Shown in pieces: positions 29,185 through 38,676 of a stretch of 64,000 nt of DNA. The notes beneath the pieces are model-generated. The model was not told the origin of the DNA. It searched no databases and was given only the letters and a program-made list of their open reading frames with translations. Source of the DNA: an uncultured Actinomycetes bacterium (lineage in GTDB: Bacteria; SZUA-79; Acidulodesulfobacterales; Acidulodesulfobacteraceae); assembly GCA_964631685.1 (NCBI GenBank), contig CAZVZU010000001.1, positions 32,001 through 96,000 of the forward strand, in the 5' to 3' direction. The first letter of the stretch is position 1. Each line of letters opens with the position of its first letter. The position numbers and the translations under genes are program-made.

Positions 29185-30528
29185 ATGGATATAGAAAAAT
29201 TAGACAGAGAATTTGTTTGGCATCCCTTTACGCAGATGTTGAATTGGGAAAGTGAGCAAAACATTATTATTGAAAGAGGGGAAGGGGTTCATCTTTACGA
29301 TATTAATGGTAATAAATACATAGACGGAATATCCTCTCTATGGGTAAATATCTTTGGGCATAATAATAAGGAATTGAACGATGCCATTAAGGAACAAATT
29401 GATAAGATATCCCACAGCACACTCTTAGGTCTTGCCAATGTTCCATCCATTATCCTAGCTCAAAAACTTATAGAAATTGCTCCAAAAAATCTAAAAAAGG
29501 TTTTTTATTCTGACTCCGGGTCAACATCCGTTGAGATAGCTTTAAAGGTTGCATTTCAATATTTCAAGCAAAAGGGTGTAAAATTCAGAAATAAGAAAAA
29601 GATAATAGCGGCGACCTCCGCCTATCACGGAGATACATTAGGGAGTGTTTCGGTTGGAGGGATAGAGTTGTTTCATTCTATTTATAAACCGCTTCTTTTT
29701 GATACTATAAGAATTGTTTATCCTTATTGCTATAGGTGTCCGTTTGATCTTGTGCATCCTAACTGCGAGCTTCGTTGCGCTGTTGAGGCAGAGAAGATTA
29801 TCGGTTTTCATGCAGATGAATCGTGCGCGCTCATTATTGAACCTATGGTACAAGGAGCTTCTGGAATCATAACTATGCCGGCTGGATATATGAAAAAAAT
29901 AGAAAGGGCATGTAAGGATAATGATGTATTGTTAATATTAGATGAAGTTGCAACCGGATTCGGCAGAACGGGCAAAATGTTTGCTGCTTTTCACGAGGAT
30001 ATTCATCCGGATGCTATGTGCGTTGCGAAGGGAATCACAGGCGGTTATCTCCCTATGGCGGCAACACTTTTCACTAAGGAGATTTATGACGGTTTTCTAG
30101 GAAATTATGAAGATAATAAGACATTTTTTCATGGACATACATATACAGGGAACCAGCTTGCCGCAAGCGCTGCAGTTAAATCAATAGAGCTTTTTAAAAA
30201 ATATAATCTACTATATGAAATTAAGCCTCTGATATCGCATTTTGAGAAAATCCTTGAAGAGTTTAAGTTCTTGGATGTTGTCGGAGATATCAGGAATATA
30301 GGGCTTATGGCAGGGTTAGAGTTAGTGAAAGACAAGCAGACAAAGGAAGCTTTTGAGCAGAAAGAGAGGATAGGACACAAGGTGATTCTTAAGGCGCGCG
30401 ATATGGGCGTTATTATAAGGTCGCTTGGGGATACGGTTGTCATAATGCCGCCACTTGTTATAGACAAACAAACGCTTGATACGCTTTTATCTGTAGTTTA
30501 TGACTCAATTAAATCCATTCAATCGTGA
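29185..30528 (+). CDS. bioA: Adenosylmethionine-8-amino-7-oxononanoate aminotransferase
   Basis: WHPFTQM, DSGSTSVEIALK, YHGDTLG, DEVATGFGRTG, AKGITGGYLP, HGHTYTGN. Confidence 0.95.
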   Translation: MDIEKLDREFVWHPFTQMLNWESEQNIIIERGEGVHLYDINGNKYIDGISSLWVNIFGHNNKELNDAIKEQIDKISHSTLLGLANVPSIILAQKLIEIAPKNLKKVFYSDSGSTSVEIALKVAFQYFKQKGVKFRNKKKIIAATSAYHGDTLGSVSVGGIELFHSIYKPLLFDTIRIVYPYCYRCPFDLVHPNCELRCAVEAEKIIGFHADESCALIIEPMVQGASGIITMPAGYMKKIERACKDNDVLLILDEVATGFGRTGKMFAAFHEDIHPDAMCVAKGITGGYLPMAATLFTKEIYDGFLGNYEDNKTFFHGHTYTGNQLAASAAVKSIELFKKYNLLYEIKPLISHFEKILEEFKFLDVVGDIRNIGLMAGLELVKDKQTKEAFEQKERIGHKVILKARDMGVIIRSLGDTVVIMPPLVIDKQTLDTLLSVVYDSIKSIQS

Positions 30529-30540
30529 GTTCATTCTATT

Positions 30541-31176
30541 ATGCTATTAAATCTTAACCTACAATCTCTTGATAAAGGTTATGCCGGTATGTTTTTGTCT
30601 TGGGCTCTTTCTTTAGGATACCCAGGAATTATTTTATTAATGATCATGGAGTCTTGCGCCCTCCCTGTTTCATCCGAGGTGGTCTTAGGTTTTGCCGGTT
30701 TTTTATCTGGAGAGGGGAAAATGAGCTTTTATCTTGTGGTTCTAAGTGCAACACTTGGAACCATCATAGGTTCATCACTGCTTTATTATATAGGTAAAAA
30801 GGGTGGAAGACCGTTAATAAAGAAGTACGGAAGATATTTTCTTATTAACGAAAAAGATATGGATAAGGCAACAGTGTGGTTTGAAAGACATGGCGGGCTT
30901 GCGGTATTCGTTGGTGTTTGCCTGCCTATTATTAAAACGTACATAGGTTTTCCGCCTGGCGCTTCTCTTATGAATTATAAAAAATTTGCTTTTTATATTA
31001 TCTTAGGTTCTCTTATTTACAACGCATTAGTGGCATATTTAGGTATGATAGTAGGGCAAAATATAAATATCATCATTCCGTATTTTCGTAGGTTTGGAAT
31101 CATAATAATATTCATAGTCGTAGCATTAATAATCTTTTATATATATAGACATATAAAATCGGCTTTTCAAAATTAA
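30541..31176 (+). CDS. DedA-family membrane protein
   Basis: MESCALPVSSEVVLGFAG, YYIGKKGGR, WFERHG, multiple TM helices. Confidence 0.9.
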   Translation: MLLNLNLQSLDKGYAGMFLSWALSLGYPGIILLMIMESCALPVSSEVVLGFAGFLSGEGKMSFYLVVLSATLGTIIGSSLLYYIGKKGGRPLIKKYGRYFLINEKDMDKATVWFERHGGLAVFVGVCLPIIKTYIGFPPGASLMNYKKFAFYIILGSLIYNALVAYLGMIVGQNINIIIPYFRRFGIIIIFIVVALIIFYIYRHIKSAFQN

Positions 31177-31193
31177 TCTTTACGGATTCGGAT

Positions 31194-32972
31194 GTGTTTT
31201 TGTATAAACATAAAAATTCTCATCCCGCTGCAACCGGGCGTTTTGCCTCTCATGGCGAAATAGTTTCCAATTTTAGTTACTCACCGTTTGCTTTAAAAAG
31301 TAAAAGAAGTCGACAAGGCATATTTGTTAGTTTAATGGCTAGCATCGTAGATTTTGGGATATATTCAAACATATTACTGCTAGTGTTGGCATTAATCGTA
31401 TCCGTGATCATTACCGTTTTTTTGAACAAGGGTTTAAGTCATCCTGTCTTAATTTTAGTAGAGTATATTGGTATATGGGTAGTATTGGTTCTTTTTTTGA
31501 CTATTTTCAGGAATAAGTTCAATGCTGCAAGGGCAAGTCAAAAAATTGACGTCAAGGGTTTGCCTGGCAACTTCAGGTGTAACTGTGCGGAAGGCACATT
31601 CCCATTTCGCGGAAACGATAACTATAAGCGGAATAAACCCCTTAATATCGGCATTTTGAACGGAAATAAAAAATTTCCTAATTTACTGATAGGGATTGAT
31701 AGAAAAAAAAGATTTGAGCATGCGATAATTATTTCACCCACCGGCGGCGGAAAAACATCAAGGTTTATTATACCAAGTATAATAAATGATGCGCATTACG
31801 ACGATGTGAGCTTATTTACCATAGATATTGACAGTCCTTATCTTTATGAATCCGTGAACAAGGAATGGATAAAATCAGGTAAAAAATCTGTCCATTTTGA
31901 TCCGTACGACCCCGCACAAAAAATACGATTTAATCCGCTGATTAACAGGGAGAAGAGATGTATTGAGGATGGCGAACTTTACAATTTGTCTTCTTTGCTT
32001 TTTAGCATCAACGAGACGGAGATAAACGGAGGTGACATTCATGCACATAAATATTACTCCAAAAGATCGTCTGATATATTTTATGGGTGCCTTTTATATC
32101 TTAAGTATAAATATGACGCTAAATATTTTAATCTTGTTACTGTAAAAAGTTTTTTCGAAAAAGGTATAAAATTTATCGAAACACAGATAGGAAAATTTAA
32201 CAAAAAAGACAATAAAAAGGTGCAAGAATTATTTAATAACTTTTTTGAGCTTCCGTCCTTCGAAAGGGCAAAAATTGTTACCGATATACTTAATACTATA
32301 GATTTCTTAAATGACGAAAATGTTGCAACCTGTTTTAAAAGTAGCACTGGTGCAGTTAATGATAAAACTGAAAATGAGGATTTTTTTATTGAGGATTTTT
32401 TTGAAAACGATACTCTTTTTATCGTTGGCATACCCAAGGAAAGGATTGTTTCAGGGGGTGCAAAGCTTATCTCTTTTATAACCGGCATTTTTATAAATGC
32501 CATATACAAGGATAGAAGAAAAAAGTTAAGAGAGCGTAATAAGAGCGATAATCAAGGCGACTCCCGCGATATTTTTATATATTTAGATGAATTTCCCGCA
32601 TTATCCCTGAATAATTTCGATATTGAACTTGCAAACCTGAGAAAAATAAATACCGGCGTATGCATAACCGCGCAGGATATAGCCTTCATAAGAAGTAAAT
32701 ATAAGGATCTTTCTTTAATTACCGCTAACATTGGAACGCACATCATTATTGGTCACGCAAGCTATGAAACCTGTAAGTATTACTCTGACATGTTAGGAGA
32801 AAAGTATATATTTCACAAAGAATTGGTAGGGAATAATCTTCGCGAAACATCGGTTGCATCAGGGCTATATCCCTTAATGTCCGCGAACGAAATAAAAAAT
32901 ATGGATACGAGCAAGGCATTAATCTATACAAAATACATTAATCCGTTCGTGTTAACCATATATTCACCATAA
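31194..32972 (+). CDS. VirD4/TraG-family type IV coupling-protein-like ATPase
   Basis: Two N-terminal TM helices, HAIIISPTGGGKT (Walker A, 31734-31757), FDPY...RFNPL, IYLDEF (Walker B), TAQD, KYYSDMLG, PLMSANEI; start codon uncertain (GTG 31194). Confidence 0.82.
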   Translation: MFLYKHKNSHPAATGRFASHGEIVSNFSYSPFALKSKRSRQGIFVSLMASIVDFGIYSNILLLVLALIVSVIITVFLNKGLSHPVLILVEYIGIWVVLVLFLTIFRNKFNAARASQKIDVKGLPGNFRCNCAEGTFPFRGNDNYKRNKPLNIGILNGNKKFPNLLIGIDRKKRFEHAIIISPTGGGKTSRFIIPSIINDAHYDDVSLFTIDIDSPYLYESVNKEWIKSGKKSVHFDPYDPAQKIRFNPLINREKRCIEDGELYNLSSLLFSINETEINGGDIHAHKYYSKRSSDIFYGCLLYLKYKYDAKYFNLVTVKSFFEKGIKFIETQIGKFNKKDNKKVQELFNNFFELPSFERAKIVTDILNTIDFLNDENVATCFKSSTGAVNDKTENEDFFIEDFFENDTLFIVGIPKERIVSGGAKLISFITGIFINAIYKDRRKKLRERNKSDNQGDSRDIFIYLDEFPALSLNNFDIELANLRKINTGVCITAQDIAFIRSKYKDLSLITANIGTHIIIGHASYETCKYYSDMLGEKYIFHKELVGNNLRETSVASGLYPLMSANEIKNMDTSKALIYTKYINPFVLTIYSP

Positions 32973-32989
32973 TACTGGATAAAATTGTT

Positions 32990-34906
32990 TTATTTTTGTG
33001 CACTGATATTAATGTCAATAGCATTAATCATTGAAGATGCAATATTTTTGTAAGTTTCAGAAGTGGCGTTTTCATTGAGTTTATTATAATATTTTAATGC
33101 GAGCACGTTGTTATTTAAATATTTCATATATAGGTAAGCTATTTGGGATAGTTCGTATTGAAAATGCGCCCCGGATTTTTTAAGCGCATACCCTTTTTTA
33201 AAGTATAAGAGGGATGTCCTGTAGTTATGGAACCGGTAGTTTATTAGACCTAGATAATAGTATGTATCATATAATATAGCGTAATCCTGCTTAGCTGAAT
33301 GACCGCTTTTGATAATGCTATCAAAATAGAACAAGGCTTTTCTTGCTCTATTTTGATTAAATTCATACAATGCTAAAAAATAAATATTTTTCATTCTTTC
33401 TTTGGGTGGCAGTATATTCAAGTTCTGTTTTAAAAGACTCACAACTTCATTAGTGTAGTTTAATTTTCTGTATAATTCTAATCTTAAATTAACGATATCG
33501 TCTCTTATCCTGTCCGCTTTTGCGTTTTTCGAGGATATCATATTTATCAACGATAATGACTTTTTGTATTTACCATTTTCGTAGTATACATTAGCCAAAA
33601 ATAATTTTGAATTTGCACTTCCGCTAAGAGCATAATATTTTTCCGCTAAGGGTAGGGTGCTTTTTAAGTCATTTTCTTTGAGTTTAATTTTTGCAAGATA
33701 CCAATAAATTTCCGGATTTATAAATTTATTAGGGATTAAAAATGCTATTGTTTTTGTTATCTTGAAAGGATTTTTAAAATCATTGTTTTTGTACATTGTT
33801 TTTACGATCGTAAATAATAAATTTGCTGCATATTTTTGATATAAAATCGTTTCTTTATGGGATAGCTGATAACTGAATAATAGTCTTTTTAGATATGCAA
33901 GTCTCTTTTCGTATTTTTTATTTTTTTTGTAATATGCGGCTAAAAATTTCAAAGCGGATAATTTAATTTTCGGATAGTTAATATCGGACGATTCACCATT
34001 TATATATTTGAGTCCCTTAGGATTATTTTGTTTTGTCAAAGCGATTCCATAATAAAGTAGCGAACCGTGATAGTAGTAATCAGAGCAGTATTTAGATGAA
34101 TTCATAAAATAGGTTTGTGCCATACTATATTTTCCTATTCTTAAGGCAATTATTCCTTCGAAATATGAACTGTAGCAATAATAATCTTTTTTTGGATAAA
34201 ATAAATTCTTATTATTTAGCATTAACAATGCGGCATATAAGTTATGCCGATAGTTTATAAGATAATTCATATATACCAGCTTAAAATATTTGTCTTGCTT
34301 TTCTAAATATGTTATTTTTTGTAAAATCTTTTCAACATTATCTTCGTTGAATAATTTATCTGCGTCATCCATTTTGCCACTTGCAGCGTAAGAAAGCGTT
34401 AAATAAATTAATGATTCATCGTGTAATTTGACGCCCATTTTTGTTCTTTTTATTAAAAAATTAAAATCCCTTATAGAACGTCTATAATTTTTAAGGTTAA
34501 AATCACATTTAGCCATCATAAATATAACCTTAACTATATGCGTATAATTAGGGTTTTCGTTGATTATCCGTTGAAAATACGGTTTTGCAATAAAAAAGTC
34601 ATTGAGTTTATATAGTATATTCCCGTACAGATAATAAATATTCGACGATGTTATTTTGTTTGCTGAATAATTATTTAACGTAAATTTAATAGTACTTAAG
34701 GCGGCGGACAACTTTCCTATTTTATAGTAATTCAAAGCTTTCTGGTATAGTATAGTAGCTTTTTTATTTTTGACCGGCAAAGTTTTTCCGTAAATTTTAT
34801 TTAAAAAATAGGGACACATTGTTAGCACAGTTGAAATAATTGCGAAAAAGATAATCTTTTCTAGAAGTCGTGTGTATTTTTTATTTATATTTATTATTTT
34901 TTTCAT
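32990..34906 (-). CDS. Large exported/membrane-anchored tetratricopeptide repeat protein
   Basis: N-terminal hydrophobic segment IIFFAIISTVLTMC; repeated TPR-like helices (YYLYGNILYKLNDF..A..YF, YYYLGLINYRFHNY..S..YFKK); overlaps the 3' end of the upstream regulator. Confidence 0.78.
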   Translation of the reverse strand: MKKIININKKYTRLLEKIIFFAIISTVLTMCPYFLNKIYGKTLPVKNKKATILYQKALNYYKIGKLSAALSTIKFTLNNYSANKITSSNIYYLYGNILYKLNDFFIAKPYFQRIINENPNYTHIVKVIFMMAKCDFNLKNYRRSIRDFNFLIKRTKMGVKLHDESLIYLTLSYAASGKMDDADKLFNEDNVEKILQKITYLEKQDKYFKLVYMNYLINYRHNLYAALLMLNNKNLFYPKKDYYCYSSYFEGIIALRIGKYSMAQTYFMNSSKYCSDYYYHGSLLYYGIALTKQNNPKGLKYINGESSDINYPKIKLSALKFLAAYYKKNKKYEKRLAYLKRLLFSYQLSHKETILYQKYAANLLFTIVKTMYKNNDFKNPFKITKTIAFLIPNKFINPEIYWYLAKIKLKENDLKSTLPLAEKYYALSGSANSKLFLANVYYENGKYKKSLSLINMISSKNAKADRIRDDIVNLRLELYRKLNYTNEVVSLLKQNLNILPPKERMKNIYFLALYEFNQNRARKALFYFDSIIKSGHSAKQDYAILYDTYYYLGLINYRFHNYRTSLLYFKKGYALKKSGAHFQYELSQIAYLYMKYLNNNVLALKYYNKLNENATSETYKNIASSMINAIDINISAQK

Positions 34907-36365
34907 ATCTTTTTAATTTTTCTATAAGTGTAGTTCTATTCAAGCCAAGCATCTTTGCGGCTTTTTCCTTAATTCCGCCGGATATTTTCATGGCTTTTCG
35001 TATAATTTCCAATTCTATTTTCTCAATTTCATGTTTTAGGCTAATTTGTGTGTTGTTAATATCCGGAACTTCGAAGTTATAGATGGCTGACATTGGCTTA
35101 ACCTGGCTGTCTTCTCTTGAAGCACTAATTTTAAAATATTTTTGCGGTATATCTTTGCTTACAATTAAACCATTTTCATTTAAAACAACGAGCATTTCTA
35201 TGATATTTTCTACTTCCCTAATATTTCCATACCAATCATAATTTAAAAGCGTCATAAGCGCATCCTCAGACATACCGTACACATTGTTATTCTGATATGC
35301 GCTAAACTTTTTTAAGAAATAATATATTAATATAATGATATCTGTTTTTCTCTCCCTTAACGGAGCCAAATGAATCGGAATAACGTTTATTCTGTAATAA
35401 AAATCTTCCCTATATTTATTTTTGGAAATCATATCTTCGAGATTCTTATTTGTTGCCGAGATAATTCTTGCATCAATTTTTTTCGGTCTTATGGCGCCTA
35501 TAGGTTCTATTTCACGTTCCTGAATGACCCTTAAAAGTTTTACTTGAAGTGATAAGCTCATATCACCTATTTCATCTAGAAACAGAGTAGCTTTGTCGGC
35601 AAGCTCAAATCTTCCCGGTTTATCACTAAAGGCCCCTGTGAATGCCCCTTTTTTATAGCCGAAAAGTTCGCTTTCTAGAAGTCCTTCGGGAAAAGCACCA
35701 CAATTAATGGAGACCATTGGCTTTTGATTCCTTTTAGATTCATTATGTATCAAACGGGCTATAAATTCCTTTCCGGTTCCAGATTCTCCAGTTATCAAAA
35801 CATTGCTATCGGTTTGTGATATTTTACGGGCATTAGAGACGATTGTATTAATATGATTTGAAATACCGTAGATATCAATTTTAGAAGAACCTCTTGCATC
35901 TGTACTGTCAAATCTTTGACATAGATCGGCTAAGAGGGTCGATTCCTTATCAATAAAGGCGTTGTAATGTTTTTTCTTAAAAATTTTTAGGTCTATGAAT
36001 GTTTCGTATGTAAGATATTGAATATTTCCAGGATGGATGATATGGTCGATGCCATGTTTTATAAAGAAAATTAAGTCATTCTCATTTAGATTGTATATGT
36101 TTTGTACATATACAAAAATCTTTATGTTTCTTTTAGGGGATATTTTGGATATTTTTGGAATAAAAGCCCTATTATTTTCCGTAATTATGTATGTATTATT
36201 GCCAAAATTTGACGGCAGATCTTTTATATCCCTTAATATACATATTTTTTCTTCGTTTATAGTTTTTTTAAGACTATTTTGCAACAAAGATGCTACAGCT
36301 TTTGATTTAATTATAATGTAAACAGGGCATTTAGGGTTTTTTTCAGTTTGACTAAAGTTACTCAT
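34881..36365 (-). CDS. Sigma54-dependent enhancer-binding protein, FleQ/FlrA-like, atypical N-terminus
   Basis: GESGTGKE, ESELFG..KGAFTGA, FLDEIG, C-terminal HTH AAKMLGLNRTTLIEKLK; next to flagellar genes; no recognisable receiver motif. Confidence 0.85.
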   Translation of the reverse strand: MSNFSQTEKNPKCPVYIIIKSKAVASLLQNSLKKTINEEKICILRDIKDLPSNFGNNTYIITENNRAFIPKISKISPKRNIKIFVYVQNIYNLNENDLIFFIKHGIDHIIHPGNIQYLTYETFIDLKIFKKKHYNAFIDKESTLLADLCQRFDSTDARGSSKIDIYGISNHINTIVSNARKISQTDSNVLITGESGTGKEFIARLIHNESKRNQKPMVSINCGAFPEGLLESELFGYKKGAFTGAFSDKPGRFELADKATLFLDEIGDMSLSLQVKLLRVIQEREIEPIGAIRPKKIDARIISATNKNLEDMISKNKYREDFYYRINVIPIHLAPLRERKTDIIILIYYFLKKFSAYQNNNVYGMSEDALMTLLNYDWYGNIREVENIIEMLVVLNENGLIVSKDIPQKYFKISASREDSQVKPMSAIYNFEVPDINNTQISLKHEIEKIELEIIRKAMKISGGIKEKAAKMLGLNRTTLIEKLKRYEKNNKYK

Positions 36366-36377
36366 ATTATTTATAAT
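36348..36377 (+). promoter_or_regulatory. Putative sigma70 promoter for the NYN gene (near-leaderless)
   Basis: TTGACT (36348-36353), 18-bp spacer, TATAAT (36372-36377); ATG at 36387 with no Shine-Dalgarno. Confidence 0.5.
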
Positions 36378-36386
36378 CTATGTATT

Positions 36387-36908
36387 ATGATAACAATTAT
36401 AATAGACGGATATAACTTTATTTTCAACTCATATTTTAAGCTGAACGTCAAATCCGAAACACTTCAGAGGCTTAGAAACGATACTGTCAATTTTTTATCA
36501 GAGTATTATAATGTAAAAAGAAATAAAGTGATAGTGGTTTTTGATGGATACAATACCGATCTTCCATTAGAGTCAAAATATTTTATCAAAAATATTGAAG
36601 TTATATATTCCAAGAAGGATGAAAAAGCGGATGATGTTGTGGTTAGACTTGCAAAAGCTTGCAAGAGCTCTATGGTTGTTACAAATGACAATGAAATTAA
36701 GAAAAATGTTGAGAATGCAAACTGTTCATGTATGAGCCCGGAAGAATTTAAAGTATTGGTTGAAAATATTATTAACGATGGTTACAACGATGTTGCAGAA
36801 TATAGCGCAGAAGAAGAATATGTGCCTTCCAACGGAAAGAGAAAAGGCAATCCTCATAGGCTTTCAAAAAAAGAAAGGCTTAAGAATCAAAAAATTAAAA
36901 AAATTTAG
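36387..36908 (+). CDS. NYN-domain ribonuclease, YacP/Rae1-like
   Basis: IIIDGYN, VVFDG, YS...EKADD, VVTND, basic tail KRKGNPHRLSKKER; start set at ATG 36387. Confidence 0.88.
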   Translation: MITIIIDGYNFIFNSYFKLNVKSETLQRLRNDTVNFLSEYYNVKRNKVIVVFDGYNTDLPLESKYFIKNIEVIYSKKDEKADDVVVRLAKACKSSMVVTNDNEIKKNVENANCSCMSPEEFKVLVENIINDGYNDVAEYSAEEEYVPSNGKRKGNPHRLSKKERLKNQKIKKI

Positions 36909-36933
36909 TATTACCGGATATTTAATCTTTTGA

Positions 36934-37662
36934 TTAGTCGGGTGTTATCTTCATGAATGCCTTTTTTATTTGTTCTATCTGCGACGACAGTCTTGCATCT
37001 ATTTCGCCAAAGTCGGTTTTTATTATTGCATCTCCGGGTAAAATATTTGGGTCAGATAAAAATTTTATATTGGTCTCTTTTGTAGTAATATATTTCGTTA
37101 AATCCGGATTTTTATTTATAACGTTATAATCCGAAGTGTTAAGGCAAATAGTAAAATTTACAGTTTCAGATGCTTTATTTATAGCGTCTGCTATTATGAC
37201 CCGCAATGCATCATAATTTGTGGTGACTGTTTGTTTTACAATGGTTTGAGCTATGCTTAAGGTTAAGTCTATTATATCGTTTTTTGCGTCCCTATAGATT
37301 ACGTTTTTAAACTGTTCAATAGAATGAGCCGCATTTACTATATTTTTAACGCTATCATTTACTAACTTTAATGCCTCGTCATTGCCCTTATTGAGACCTT
37401 CTGTATGGCCATCTTTTGCAGATTTCCTGAACACAATATCTCTTTTATCATCAAACTCGTTTTTTATTTCTTTCTTATAGTTATCTATCAGTTCTAATAT
37501 ATATTGCCTAACAGTTGTAGGCACAGTTTTCAATGTTTCCGTTAATTCTTTGGCATAGTTTTTTGTGCTATTTTGTCGGGTATTAAAGAAAGAGGATCTA
37601 CTCCCGTCATAAACGGTTTTACCTTCTATGCTTATGCCTTCGCTTTTTAAAATTTTAGTCAT
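36934..37662 (-). CDS. fliH: Flagellar export protein FliH
   Basis: AKDGHTEGLNKG repeats, C-terminal PGDAIIKTDFGEIDARL; follows fliG. Confidence 0.85.
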   Translation of the reverse strand: MTKILKSEGISIEGKTVYDGSRSSFFNTRQNSTKNYAKELTETLKTVPTTVRQYILELIDNYKKEIKNEFDDKRDIVFRKSAKDGHTEGLNKGNDEALKLVNDSVKNIVNAAHSIEQFKNVIYRDAKNDIIDLTLSIAQTIVKQTVTTNYDALRVIIADAINKASETVNFTICLNTSDYNVINKNPDLTKYITTKETNIKFLSDPNILPGDAIIKTDFGEIDARLSSQIEQIKKAFMKITPD

Positions 37663-37673
37663 AAATAGTTATG

Positions 37674-38675
37674 TTATACAAGTTTTTCGCTTTCGCTTTT
37701 TACTGCGAGACTAATTTTCCCTTCATCCTCAAGTCTTCTTGCAATTTTTAAAATCTCATGCTGTACGCTTTCTACCTCGGAAAGTTTTTTGGGTCCCAAT
37801 GCTTCTAAATCGTCAACAATCATTTCTTGCGCCCTTTTTGAGACATTGGTGAGAATCTTGTTTTTGAGGTCTTCCGATGCGGTTTTTAACGCCATTACAA
37901 TCTGATCGTGAGATATTTCTCTGAGCATTAACTGCATAGATTTGTTGTCAACTATTGCAAGGTCATCAAATGTGAACATGAGCTCTTTTATCTTATCCGA
38001 TTCCTCTTTATCCATTTTTTCAATATCGTTTAATATAGGTTCTTCTATGGATTTATCCATGTTATTTAAAATATCGGCTACAATTCTAACGCCTCCCACC
38101 AGCTTGCTTTGAGTAGAACTAGTAGATTTAAGTTGTTCCTGAAGAACCTCATCTAGATCATGAATGATGCCGGGTGGCACTCTTTCCAGCTTTGATAACC
38201 TGAAGACCACTTGCGACCTTATTGATGAGGGCAAAAGACTGATTACTGCTGCAGCCTGTATGGGTTCTAGGTGCCCAAGTATTAAGGCTATAGTTTGAGG
38301 ATGTTCATTTTTTACAAAATCGGTAATTACGTGAGGGTCAAGCCATTTCAGGGTTTGAAGTCCATCTTCCTCGATAGGGCCGTGTAGATTATCTAAAATC
38401 TTCTTTGCTTTATCAGGGTCAAGAGATTTTGAGATTAAGCTTTTAACAAAATCATCGCCTTTAACGACCAGTCCGACTTTTGAAAAATTAGAATTAAAAT
38501 TCTCCAAAATAGATTCCGAATCCTCTTTTTCAATGGTTGGAATCTGGCCCATGTACTTGGTGATCTTTTGTATCTCAATTAAATCGAGCCTTTTTATGAT
38601 TTCCGAAGCGGCTTCTTCTCCTACGGAAACAAGAAATATCGCCGCCTTTTCCGGACCTGAGAATCTTCTGGACAT
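37674..38675 (-). CDS. fliG: Flagellar motor switch protein FliG
   Basis: KAAIFL, EHPQTIALIL, GG linker, MFTFDDL. Confidence 0.96.
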   Translation of the reverse strand: MSRRFSGPEKAAIFLVSVGEEAASEIIKRLDLIEIQKITKYMGQIPTIEKEDSESILENFNSNFSKVGLVVKGDDFVKSLISKSLDPDKAKKILDNLHGPIEEDGLQTLKWLDPHVITDFVKNEHPQTIALILGHLEPIQAAAVISLLPSSIRSQVVFRLSKLERVPPGIIHDLDEVLQEQLKSTSSTQSKLVGGVRIVADILNNMDKSIEEPILNDIEKMDKEESDKIKELMFTFDDLAIVDNKSMQLMLREISHDQIVMALKTASEDLKNKILTNVSKRAQEMIVDDLEALGPKKLSEVESVQHEILKIARRLEDEGKISLAVKSESEKLV

Positions 38676-38676
38676 T

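Noticed and set aside
22375..33000. Prophage/ICE interpretation of the HNH and VirD4 region
   Set aside because: No integrase, transposase, tRNA target or flanking repeats; core genes (cysS, bioA) lie between the two loci
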